From Thermoproteota archaeon (GTDB lineage Archaea > Korarchaeota > Korarchaeia > Korarchaeales > Korarchaeaceae): 40,943 nt of DNA. The first letter of the stretch is position 1, and the number at the start of each line of letters is the position of its first letter. The position numbers and the translations under genes are program-made. Under the pieces are notes generated by a model. It was given only the letters and a program-made list of their open reading frames with translations. It was not told the origin of the DNA and searched no databases. Where the stretch lies: NCBI GenBank assembly GCA_003661365.1, contig QMVZ01000001.1:1-40943 (forward strand), read 5' to 3'. Below, in pieces: positions 9,702-18,203 of this stretch.

Positions 9702-11102
9702 CTAAGAGAGAGCTTGTAGATCTGATTCTTTTATAGGTTCTCTAGGCTTCCTGTACTCATCGAGTTTGCTTAATTTCTCCTCAGCGATCTTCATTACCTT
9801 CCTTAGGAGTTCTTCCTCATCTATCGTGAGAAGCTTGCCATGCCTCACGACAATCCTTCCATCTACAATTACGGTGTCGACATCGCTTCCCTTTGCACAA
9901 TAGACTAGTGTTCGGAATATATCTGATAATGGCTGAATGTGAGGTTTCATAAGATTCACGAGAATGATATCTGCCTTTTTTCCAGGCTCTATTGATCCTA
10001 TTTCCTTATCCATACCAAGAACCTTGGCTCCTAACTTAGTTGCCATCATCATCACGTCAGTGGCTGAGATTATCGAGGGATCAAGGGAAGAGACTTTGTG
10101 GAGGAGTGCGGCCGTTCTCATCTCCTCAAACATGTCCAGGTTGTCGTTGCTAGCTGGTCCATCTGTTGCTAAGCCAACTGGGATATTAAGATTGAGCATT
10201 TTCTTGACAGGAGCGATTCCAGATGCTAATTTCATGTTGCTCTCTGGATTGTGGGATACTCCTGCATTTTTCTCCTTTAGGATCCTGATCTCCTTATCAT
10301 CAAGCCAAATACAATGGACAGCAACGAATGGATGGACATCTAATAGGCCTAAGCTATTTATATACTCAAGGGGGCCCATGCCAACCCTTTGCTTCATGTT
10401 ATCGACTTCGTATCTCGTCTCACCCACATGAATGTGAATGCCAACTCCATGCTTTTCTGCAATATCCACGATCTTTTTAAGCAAGCCCCTCGAGCAGCAG
10501 AAAGGCGTGGAAGGAGCTAGCATGAAAGATATCTTATCTTTCTCTCCATATTTTTTAATGAGGTTCTCACTTCTCTTAAGAGCCCACTCGGTAGGCAATA
10601 TTATGTCCCTTCTTATCCATTTATCAGCCAAAGTCAGGGCATATATTCCCCTTATTCCTGCATTTTTCAAGGCCTTTATCACAGCAGGACCCTGAATAAC
10701 TCCTTCCATAGCTACTATGGTCGTAGTTCCGGATTTTAGGGCTTCAACACAGGAGAGCAAGGTGCTGTAATAAACCAGCCTATCATCCCCAGCTATAGCG
10801 TCTTCTAAGGCCATCCTGCAAAAGGGGTACAGCGCCTCTTCACACCAATTGACTAGAGGAGCCGTGTCAACCATCCCTCTCAGAAAGCTCTGGTAAAGAT
10901 GAGAATGTGTGTTTATTAGGCCCGGAAGGACTGCCATCCCAGATGCATCTATCACTTTTTCTGGAGAGCATTCTTCCTCAACCTCCTTGCTCTTACCAAT
11001 TAGCCTTATCCTATTCCCTTCAATATAGACCGCACCATTGGAGATAACGCCATACTTACTCATGGTTACGAGCAGACCGTTTCTTATTAGAATACTGTTC
11101 AT
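9702..11102 (-). CDS. amidohydrolase-superfamily deaminase (MtaD/DadD/SsnA-like, TRZ/ATZ family)
   Basis: Metal ligands INTHSHLYQS (HxH), HIHVGET, VAVHCIW and ATDG. The ORF is open to 11183, but family members start near M..ILI.NG, so I chose the ATG at 11102 (MNSILIRNGLLV). Confidence 0.85.
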   Translation of the reverse strand: MNSILIRNGLLVTMSKYGVISNGAVYIEGNRIRLIGKSKEVEEECSPEKVIDASGMAVLPGLINTHSHLYQSFLRGMVDTAPLVNWCEEALYPFCRMALEDAIAGDDRLVYYSTLLSCVEALKSGTTTIVAMEGVIQGPAVIKALKNAGIRGIYALTLADKWIRRDIILPTEWALKRSENLIKKYGEKDKISFMLAPSTPFCCSRGLLKKIVDIAEKHGVGIHIHVGETRYEVDNMKQRVGMGPLEYINSLGLLDVHPFVAVHCIWLDDKEIRILKEKNAGVSHNPESNMKLASGIAPVKKMLNLNIPVGLATDGPASNDNLDMFEEMRTAALLHKVSSLDPSIISATDVMMMATKLGAKVLGMDKEIGSIEPGKKADIILVNLMKPHIQPLSDIFRTLVYCAKGSDVDTVIVDGRIVVRHGKLLTIDEEELLRKVMKIAEEKLSKLDEYRKPREPIKESDLQALS

Positions 11103-11189
11103 CTTCCACTCAAAATCGTGAAAAGACAAATATTTATCCCTTAGGAAAATTGCTGATGTAGTGTTTCTTATACGAATCATCATTATGAA

Positions 11190-12689
11190 TTGGCGAGAAT
11201 TATGTTGGAAGGTAGATTAGCTGAAAAGATCGGAGATGACGTTGTCAGAATCCAGAGGAACTGGATAAAAATAATTGAGGAGAAAAGGGGTAAGAAATTT
11301 AAGGTGAGCGATTGGCGGCTCATGCTTAAAACGAAAAATGACTTGGAGCCCCATGAGAGACAATTAAAGGAGGTTTTTGATTTATATATCGTCTCAGCTA
11401 ACGCTGGATATGACATCATAAGAGGACTGACGGATTACATCTATCCACAGGACGAGCCATGGTTGGAGCACTATCAGACGACTGCGGTGTTCGAAATTCT
11501 CTATGAGTATGACAGGGAATTCAAGAGAGCCTCTACCGCTTTGGTTAAGACAATAGATAGATCCGATGATTTGATTCAAAAGGAAGTTTTTGCCAGGTTC
11601 TACGGGCGCTATGGACAAACTTGGATCGTAGACTATGTTGCAACGCCAGGATCTTTCTCCAACCTCTATAAAAGGATTCTAGAAAGGGTAAACATGAGGC
11701 CAGACTATAAGTGGACATTCATCAACGCGGTTTCAGCTGCAAGAAATACTAGCTATAGTGTTATGTTTGGTTCTAAGTTTCTGGAAGCACTAAATTCAGG
11801 AAAGAGCATAAATGAGGCAATTAAAGCAGAAAAGGAGGTACTGAAGGAGATGTGGCTTAATCCCTTGGAGACGCAGGTTAGGATAATGAAGGAAGTTGGC
11901 CATAAGTCATTTGATTATGAAAGGTGCATTAAGATGTTCAAAAAGAAGATCTATGAGGCAACCGTTAAAGCAGCAGAGGCCGGCGTGCACTACTCTAATT
12001 TGAGTTTAATTCCTCTTTGGGCAGCTGGGGACTTCCATCACGTTTCTCAAACAACGTACAATTTATGCAAGGGAGACATTGAATTTGCAATACTTCAGAG
12101 CCTGACGGATGCGCTGGAACGAACTATAGATAATGCTAAAAAGGATGGAAAGCTAAGGGACCCGTATAAGATCCCAACATGGGAGGTTACAGCTTCAGCA
12201 TCCGCGTACATCATGAGGCTAGATGGCTTTACCTCAAGCATGGTGGCGGATCTGCTTATGAGGAGGTTCTACAACCTCATCCTAAAGGATCCAAAGATAT
12301 TCAGATATGAGTGTATGAACGAAGAATTTGTCAATTTCCTTAGTCAAGGCGAGTACTTCATCGAAAAACCTCCCAGAGGGCTCGGCCGAAAGGTTTGGAA
12401 CGTTAACATAGATCTATCTCCCATAGAAAAAAACGAGATCTTAAGCAATCCTCAACATTACTCTTGGCCAGAGTGCCCAATTACAAGCCGTTTTGCGAGT
12501 TTGCTTCGCTTTGCCGATGAGCCCTTTCATTTGATTAGCGATCCAATGGTGTGCCTTTATGCGACTGAGCTCATAGCTTTAAATCCTGGCAAACCCCATT
12601 TGCCATATCTTTTCTGCAAGAAATGTGTTTCTGCCAAGTATTTACCGTTCAGATGTAAGTACTGCCTTGCTGAGAAGGAACCTCAGTAA
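11190..12689 (+). CDS. large hypothetical protein with C-terminal CxxC...CxxC zinc-ribbon-like motif
   Basis: 499-aa uninterrupted ORF with protein-like composition. C-terminus is LFCKKCVSAKYLPFRCKYCLAEKE. No family recognised with certainty; it may be an archaeal DUF of about 500 aa. Divergent from the deaminase gene. Confidence 0.6.
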   Translation: MARIMLEGRLAEKIGDDVVRIQRNWIKIIEEKRGKKFKVSDWRLMLKTKNDLEPHERQLKEVFDLYIVSANAGYDIIRGLTDYIYPQDEPWLEHYQTTAVFEILYEYDREFKRASTALVKTIDRSDDLIQKEVFARFYGRYGQTWIVDYVATPGSFSNLYKRILERVNMRPDYKWTFINAVSAARNTSYSVMFGSKFLEALNSGKSINEAIKAEKEVLKEMWLNPLETQVRIMKEVGHKSFDYERCIKMFKKKIYEATVKAAEAGVHYSNLSLIPLWAAGDFHHVSQTTYNLCKGDIEFAILQSLTDALERTIDNAKKDGKLRDPYKIPTWEVTASASAYIMRLDGFTSSMVADLLMRRFYNLILKDPKIFRYECMNEEFVNFLSQGEYFIEKPPRGLGRKVWNVNIDLSPIEKNEILSNPQHYSWPECPITSRFASLLRFADEPFHLISDPMVCLYATELIALNPGKPHLPYLFCKKCVSAKYLPFRCKYCLAEKEPQ

Positions 12690-12842
12690 TACAGATCCTC
12701 TCTAGGTAAATATCATATCTTAAATATCTCACAGCAGTCTTCGTTTAATCACTTCTACAAAGTTTTTGTTCAACCACCGAGCCGAACTTTTGTTTTAATC
12801 ATAATATTTTGTTTTTAGCATCACAAATTGCAACTTTAATAA

Positions 12843-13151
12843 CTAAGAGGAGTAGCCCAAGAGGGTCTTAGCCAAGGAGGAAGGATCCCACCAAAGCCTC
12901 CAACCAATAAAGAAAACGGAAAATATCAAGATTACAGTTATGATAGCAATGAAGTTGGCTATCGTGAGACGAGGAGGTTCCTCTAAATATGTTCTCTTCT
13001 TGTATGCTTCAAAAGCCCGTGATTCTAACGCTATCTGGAACCCATCTGCCCAGTAGTAAAGGGGAATGAAACGTAATGCGGTTCCTAAGGCCACTATTAT
13101 AGCCATCCAAGCAATAGGGGCACCATAAGGAGTACGAGCATGTATACTGCA
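12843..13151 (-). pseudogene. remnant of an EcfT/CbiQ C-terminus (truncated ECF T component)
   Basis: The open frame ARTPYGAPIAWMAIIVALGTALRFIPLYYWADGFQIALESRAFEAYKKRTYLEE... aligns with the C-terminal about 100 aa of the intact EcfT at 6195-7025 (..PLMVGSLKKGQQLEVAMESRAFGAYESRTYLTE..). No N-terminal two-thirds is present. Confidence 0.6.
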
Positions 13152-13207
13152 CTAGATTGTGTGGTCATCTTTCTTATCTCCTCTCCTTGAGAAAAACCTG
13201 ATGACTA

Positions 13208-13582
13208 ATGCAATTACTCCAACAATTAGTGGAAGTAGCTACGGAAAGAGTTATAAATGAGACAGAATTTGTAGGGGTTTTCTGCTATCCTCTGGGTGGA
13301 CTCACAGGAGCTAAGGTTGGAGGGATCAACTACAAGAATGTAAGAGCGACGGTAAATCATAAGTACTGTCCATCCCTCAAAAGCATAGTTCCGGATTCTA
13401 AAGTTCCTAAAGAAGCTCGTTCAGCATTTGAGTTTCCTTTGGTTGGACTTGACTCTAGAAATTTAAAGGTTGCAATGTTCGTCGCCTTAGAAGCGTTTTC
13501 GACAGTTCCAGGTGTACTGGAGGTTACAGCTCCTAAATCCGAGGGTTGTTGGGGAACGAAAAAGTATATTTGCATGATATAG
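13208..13582 (+). CDS. hypothetical protein (124 aa)
   Basis: ORF only. No recognisable motifs. Convergent with the Mch-like gene. Confidence 0.3.
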   Translation: MQLLQQLVEVATERVINETEFVGVFCYPLGGLTGAKVGGINYKNVRATVNHKYCPSLKSIVPDSKVPKEARSAFEFPLVGLDSRNLKVAMFVALEAFSTVPGVLEVTAPKSEGCWGTKKYICMI

Positions 13583-13645
13583 TCTCACTATTACATAAAA
13601 GATAAGATTACCGATGCGATAGGCTACAGAAATGTGCTGTAAATT

Positions 13646-14692
13646 TTACCACGGATTTGAAAGCAGTTTCTCTAAAATATTATCATGAACCCTACCAGCT
13701 CTGTACATCCTCCCAGTTCTGGTGTCATATAAGCATAGCTCGGCCATAATGAAACCATATCCTTCTTTTGCAAGCCTTATCAAGTCATATTTTGGATCTA
13801 TGTACTTCTTCTCAACAACTGCTAGTTGATAGAACGATTTACCGAAGGAATTTGGGTTATTCTCAATAACTGTTTCTTCTGCAATCCTCTGAAGATCCTC
13901 TCCTTCTTTTGAGTAAATCCAAGCATGCAATACACCACCATGCCTTACCATATCATCGGCCCAGGGGCAAGGTTCTCTAAATACTCTAGGCGATATGGGG
14001 GCTATCGGCGTTATCGTCATCATAGCTTCTATTCTATCGTAGGAGATGCCGTAATACTCAGTCAATCTCCAAAACCCATCTTCCATCGTCCGAGCAGAGA
14101 CCTGTACGGAGCCTACTATCGAGTTTGTGGGTGTGACTATGAGATAGAGATTCTCTGGACTCACTCCACAGGCACTTGCTAATTTTTCTGTAACAGCTTC
14201 ATCTGGGAGATCTTTGCCACGAGGCTGGACTAATAGCACGGCAACGTTCCCCTCATCTTTATAGTCCAGCTTGGCATATACTTTCTCTGGCTTCTGCCTT
14301 AAGGCCTTTCCAGGTCCCGATACCCATGCCGTATACTCATTCACTTCCACATGAGGCGGATGTATTACCTCGGGCCAAACGTAGTAAGATATTCCGATTA
14401 TAGCAGGAAGATCAGTGTAGGCAACGATAGCTGGCAGATATATGCTACCGTACTTAGCCATGATTACTTTTGCTTCACCAAATCCGCATAATGCAGCCCT
14501 TGTCACATACTCTGCTGCCTTAAATCCTCCTTTCACATTAACTCCAGTATCTATAATTGTTACGTGATTCTTGAGCTCAAGAACATCAATATCTAACGAA
14601 TCCTTCTTTTGTATCATCTCTCTGACCACCTGAAGGGATTGCTCATTAACGCTTACTCCCTTTAGACGCTTAATTGAGACCTTATCAGACAT
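13646..14692 (-). CDS. methenyltetrahydromethanopterin cyclohydrolase (Mch) family homolog
   Basis: Collinear matches to my memory of Mch sequences: VSVNE, IIDTGVNVKGG, SGPGKALRQKPE, VTPTNSIVGSVQVSART, ITPIAPI, FGKSFYQ, DTRTGRMYRAGRV. I chose the ATG at 14692, preceded by GGGGG; the ORF is open to a TTG at 14704. Confidence 0.8.
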   Translation of the reverse strand: MSDKVSIKRLKGVSVNEQSLQVVREMIQKKDSLDIDVLELKNHVTIIDTGVNVKGGFKAAEYVTRAALCGFGEAKVIMAKYGSIYLPAIVAYTDLPAIIGISYYVWPEVIHPPHVEVNEYTAWVSGPGKALRQKPEKVYAKLDYKDEGNVAVLLVQPRGKDLPDEAVTEKLASACGVSPENLYLIVTPTNSIVGSVQVSARTMEDGFWRLTEYYGISYDRIEAMMTITPIAPISPRVFREPCPWADDMVRHGGVLHAWIYSKEGEDLQRIAEETVIENNPNSFGKSFYQLAVVEKKYIDPKYDLIRLAKEGYGFIMAELCLYDTRTGRMYRAGRVHDNILEKLLSNPW

Positions 14693-14772
14693 ACTTTCCC
14701 CCAAACAGCTACAAGAGGAATAACTTTAAACTTTTTGAGAGATAGTCCACGTAACCTAAATTTGAGTCGCAC

Positions 14773-15756
14773 CTACTCGCCAACTACTTCTCTGAATACC
14801 CTAAGGAAGTTTAACCCAAGTATCTTCTTTATCTCGCCCTCAGAATACCCTCTTTCAATCAGACCTTTCGTTAGATTTGGGAGATCTGTAATAGTTCTAA
14901 GTTCTTTGGGCCAGGTATATATTCTGCCATCTATCTTAATCAGCACCCTTCTAGTTACTGGAAATTCTGCCCATCCCTCGGCAAAGTCTAGCCCTATTCC
15001 GACATGGTTTACTCCCACTAAGTTTACTACATAATCAATACAATCAAGGACTCTTTCAATGGTGCAATTTCTATCTGGATCCCTACATAGCATCCTCGGA
15101 AATGCTGTTACACCAATTACACCTCCTTTCTCAGCTAAAGCCATTATTTCCTCATCTGTCTTATTCTGATACACATCTAAGATGTTGCGGGGATTGCAAT
15201 GAGACGCTATCACTGGATCTCTTGAAAGTTCTATGGCCTCTAAAACGCTTTTTCTTCCGACATGAGCCAAATCTATCAATATATTGAGTCTATTTAATTC
15301 CTTAACAAGTTCAACTCCCCATTCGCTCAGCCCAGAATCTGTCCTTTCTTTACATCCATCAGCAGCTATATTCCTGAAATGATAACTTAACTGAATTATT
15401 CTTACACCTAGATTCTCATATATTCGTAAGAATCTTAAATCTCCTTCTAATGGAGCTATATTCTGAAAGCCAGCAATTATGCCAACTTTTCCTTCTTTCT
15501 TAGCCTCTAATATTTCTCTTGCTGATGTTACAAACGTTGCTATATCCTTGTTCTCATCTATGAGATCCTGAAGATCTAATAGTCTCATTACAGTCTCGCG
15601 GAAACTATGGTTCATAGCAACGGTATAATTTATAGCAGTTACACCTGCGCTCGATAATTTTTCAAAATATTCTCTGCATAGTAAGGAAGAATTTAGCATA
15701 TCAACTATTATAGCCTCATTATGAAGTTCTAAAACTCCCTTTGCTTTGGAAGGCAC
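14773..15756 (-). CDS. M19 (renal/membrane dipeptidase) family protein, atypical N-terminal metal site
   Basis: 327 aa. LIDLAHVG, PVIASHCNP, HVGIGLDF and LNFLRVF match the M19 core. The N-terminal IDGHxD motif appears as IIVDMLNSS. GTG start. Confidence 0.8.
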   Translation of the reverse strand: MPSKAKGVLELHNEAIIVDMLNSSLLCREYFEKLSSAGVTAINYTVAMNHSFRETVMRLLDLQDLIDENKDIATFVTSAREILEAKKEGKVGIIAGFQNIAPLEGDLRFLRIYENLGVRIIQLSYHFRNIAADGCKERTDSGLSEWGVELVKELNRLNILIDLAHVGRKSVLEAIELSRDPVIASHCNPRNILDVYQNKTDEEIMALAEKGGVIGVTAFPRMLCRDPDRNCTIERVLDCIDYVVNLVGVNHVGIGLDFAEGWAEFPVTRRVLIKIDGRIYTWPKELRTITDLPNLTKGLIERGYSEGEIKKILGLNFLRVFREVVGE

Positions 15757-16187
15757 AAACAGGTCATGACATCTTTAACATTTAAATTTGAGTAGGCGCT
15801 TGTGGCAGCGATTTTAGCAAGCGCTGTTAGTGGAGAACGCAGAGCAGAGATAAAGGAACCAGGAGGAATAAAGAAACCCTCTAAAGCGCAGCAGAATTGT
15901 TGCAGCATAACTTTTGAGAGAGCGCTAAAGAATAAGCTGCTTTGCAACCATAAAAACGAGGTAATGAAGATAGAGCCATTTGGGTTCTGGGAAGGTAATT
16001 TATATAGCGTTGTTACAGGGACTGCTGTAAATTAAGAGAGTATGAGGACAATCTATTCTCTAGTAAGGAATATCATAGGTGTATAAGGTATAACTATCGG
16101 TTCTGTAACAAGAGCTTCTTCCTTTCATATGCCAGAATTTTCCTTAGCCTTAAATTAAATTAATTAAGCATTTTCATCTGTTTAGAG

Positions 16188-18203
16188 GTGATCTCTTTGG
16201 GTCAATTTCACGGAGCATCACCTGATAAGGTAACAAAAATGTATAGGATTATGTTACTGATAAGGTGTGTCGAGGAGAAATTAAAAGAGTTGAACATCGA
16301 GGGGCTAATTCCGGGCTTTCTCCATTTAAGCATCGGACAAGAAGCCGTAGCTGCAGGAGTAATGGCTGCTTTGAAAGATGGTGATTACATACTTAGTACG
16401 CACAGGGGACATGGACATTGTTTGGCTAAAGGCATGAGTGAATACATGTTATTTGCCGAGATACTAGGGAAAGTCGAGGGTTGCTGCATGGGAAAGGGTG
16501 GTTCAATGCACCTATGCGATGTAAAACACGGAATAATGGGGACAAATGGTGTTGTGGGAGCGAATATTCCTTTAGCAGCCGGCATAGCCTTCGCCCTAAA
16601 ATACAAGGGAGAAGAGGGAGTCGTTGCATGTTTCTTTGGAGATGGAGCAAGCAATACAGGAGCTTTTCATGAAGGACTTAACCTAGCTGCAGTATGGAAA
16701 CTTCCTGTCATATACGTATGCGAGAACAACCTTTACGCCATCTCGACACGAATAACAAGGGTAACCTTAATTCAGGACATAGCAGAGAGAGCTTCTTCTT
16801 ATGGAATGCCTGGGGTTGTTGTGGACGGAATGGATCCTCTGGCTGTTTATGAGGCAACCTTAAAGGCAGTAAAACGAGCCAGAAATGGAGAGGGCCCAAC
16901 TCTCATAGAATGCAAGACCTATAGATTCTGCGGTTCCTACGCAGCTGAACCTCCTGCTGTTGAGAGACTGTACAGGAGCGAGGAAGAAGTAAAAGAGCAC
17001 ATGAAGAGAGATCCCATCAAAAAAGTGGAGAAGTTGCTCATTGAATCAGGATACTTAACTGAAGTGGAGATTGCATCCCTTAAGGAGGATATTAAGGCGA
17101 GAGTAAAAGATTCTGTAGAGAAGGCGAAGGCTGCACCCAAACCCTCTGTCGAAATCGCTTTTAGCCATCTATATCCTGAGAGGGAGGAGATTCCAGTCGA
17201 TCTAGAGGAGCTTTCTGGCGAACTTGTAGAACTGCCCATGAATGAGACGATTAGAATTACTCTTAGGGAGGAAATGCGGAAAGATAAGAGAATAGTGCTC
17301 ATGGGTGAAGACATTGGGGTTCTTGGCGGAGATTTCAGGGTAACTAAGGGATTGCTCGAAGAATTTGGAGAGAGGAGAGTTCTGGATACTCCGATTTCAG
17401 AGACTGGTTTCGTAGGTTTAGCTATAGGAGCCGCTATGGCTGGGCTAAAACCGGTTGTGGAGATAATGTTCGTCGATTTTGCAGGTGCTTGCATGGATCA
17501 AATAATGAATCAGGCTGCAAAACTCAGCTATATGTATGCTGGGCAGATAAGAATACCTCTTGTTATCAGAGCAGCATGTGGAGGAGGGATTAGGGCTGCT
17601 GCTCAACATTCACAAGTCTTAAGTTCGATATTCAGCCACATACCTGGGCTAAAAGTTGTGATGCCAAGTAATCCATGCGATGCAAGAGGATTATTGAAGA
17701 GTGCGCTCAAAGAGAACTGTCCAGTTATTTTCCTAGAACACAAACTTCTCTATGGAGTCTTGGGTCCTGTTCCGATGGGCGAGTACTATATCCCTATTGG
17801 TAAGGCAAAGGTTGTTAGAAAGGGTTCAGATGCCACAGTAGTGGCATCTGGACTCATGGTTAATAGAGCCTTAGAAGCTGCTAAGAATTTAGATGAGAGA
17901 GGGATTAGCATCGAAGTAATAGATCTGAGAACCATCTCTCCTATAGATAGAGAGACTATTGTCAATTCTGTTAAGCACACAGGTCGATTGGTAATCGTAG
18001 AGGAGGACTGGGCACCTTGCAGCATATCAAGTGAGGTGGCTGCCATAGTAGCTGAGGGACCTTTTGACAGCCTATTATCTCCTGTGAAGAGGGTAACGAC
18101 GCCTTTCTATCCGATGCCTTATAACCCAGAGTTAGAGGACTCGATGATTCCAAGCGTCAAAAAGATAGTGTCTGCCGTGGAGGAGGTGATGGACATCCTA
18201 TGA
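16188..18203 (+). CDS. fused 2-oxoacid dehydrogenase E1 component, alpha+beta subunits (TPP-dependent)
   Basis: 671 aa. The alpha part carries HLSIGQEA, GDGASNTG and YVCENNLYAIST. A linker follows, then the beta part (MNETIRITLREEM..., VLDTPISETGF, transketolase C-terminal-like domain). Confidence 0.88.
   Translation: MISLGQFHGASPDKVTKMYRIMLLIRCVEEKLKELNIEGLIPGFLHLSIGQEAVAAGVMAALKDGDYILSTHRGHGHCLAKGMSEYMLFAEILGKVEGCCMGKGGSMHLCDVKHGIMGTNGVVGANIPLAAGIAFALKYKGEEGVVACFFGDGASNTGAFHEGLNLAAVWKLPVIYVCENNLYAISTRITRVTLIQDIAERASSYGMPGVVVDGMDPLAVYEATLKAVKRARNGEGPTLIECKTYRFCGSYAAEPPAVERLYRSEEEVKEHMKRDPIKKVEKLLIESGYLTEVEIASLKEDIKARVKDSVEKAKAAPKPSVEIAFSHLYPEREEIPVDLEELSGELVELPMNETIRITLREEMRKDKRIVLMGEDIGVLGGDFRVTKGLLEEFGERRVLDTPISETGFVGLAIGAAMAGLKPVVEIMFVDFAGACMDQIMNQAAKLSYMYAGQIRIPLVIRAACGGGIRAAAQHSQVLSSIFSHIPGLKVVMPSNPCDARGLLKSALKENCPVIFLEHKLLYGVLGPVPMGEYYIPIGKAKVVRKGSDATVVASGLMVNRALEAAKNLDERGISIEVIDLRTISPIDRETIVNSVKHTGRLVIVEEDWAPCSISSEVAAIVAEGPFDSLLSPVKRVTTPFYPMPYNPELEDSMIPSVKKIVSAVEEVMDIL

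Noticed and set aside
13646-14692. The Mch homolog as evidence that the organism is a methanogen or that this is a C1 operon.
   Set aside because: No other methanogenesis or H4MPT-pathway gene is in the 41 kb, and the neighbours are amidohydrolase-type enzymes. A single family member is insufficient.
15757-16187. A 430-nt non-coding gap with locally GC-richer sequence, a 7-bp hairpin (GCGCTTG...CAAGCGC) and track ORFs 15802-16035(+) and 15729-15947(-). Considered as a structured ncRNA or small protein.
   Set aside because: I could not fold a convincing multi-stem structure by eye or match any known RNA family (no C/D-box pair, no tRNA-like arms). The ORFs have implausible composition. It is worth a covariance-model scan but is unsupported here.
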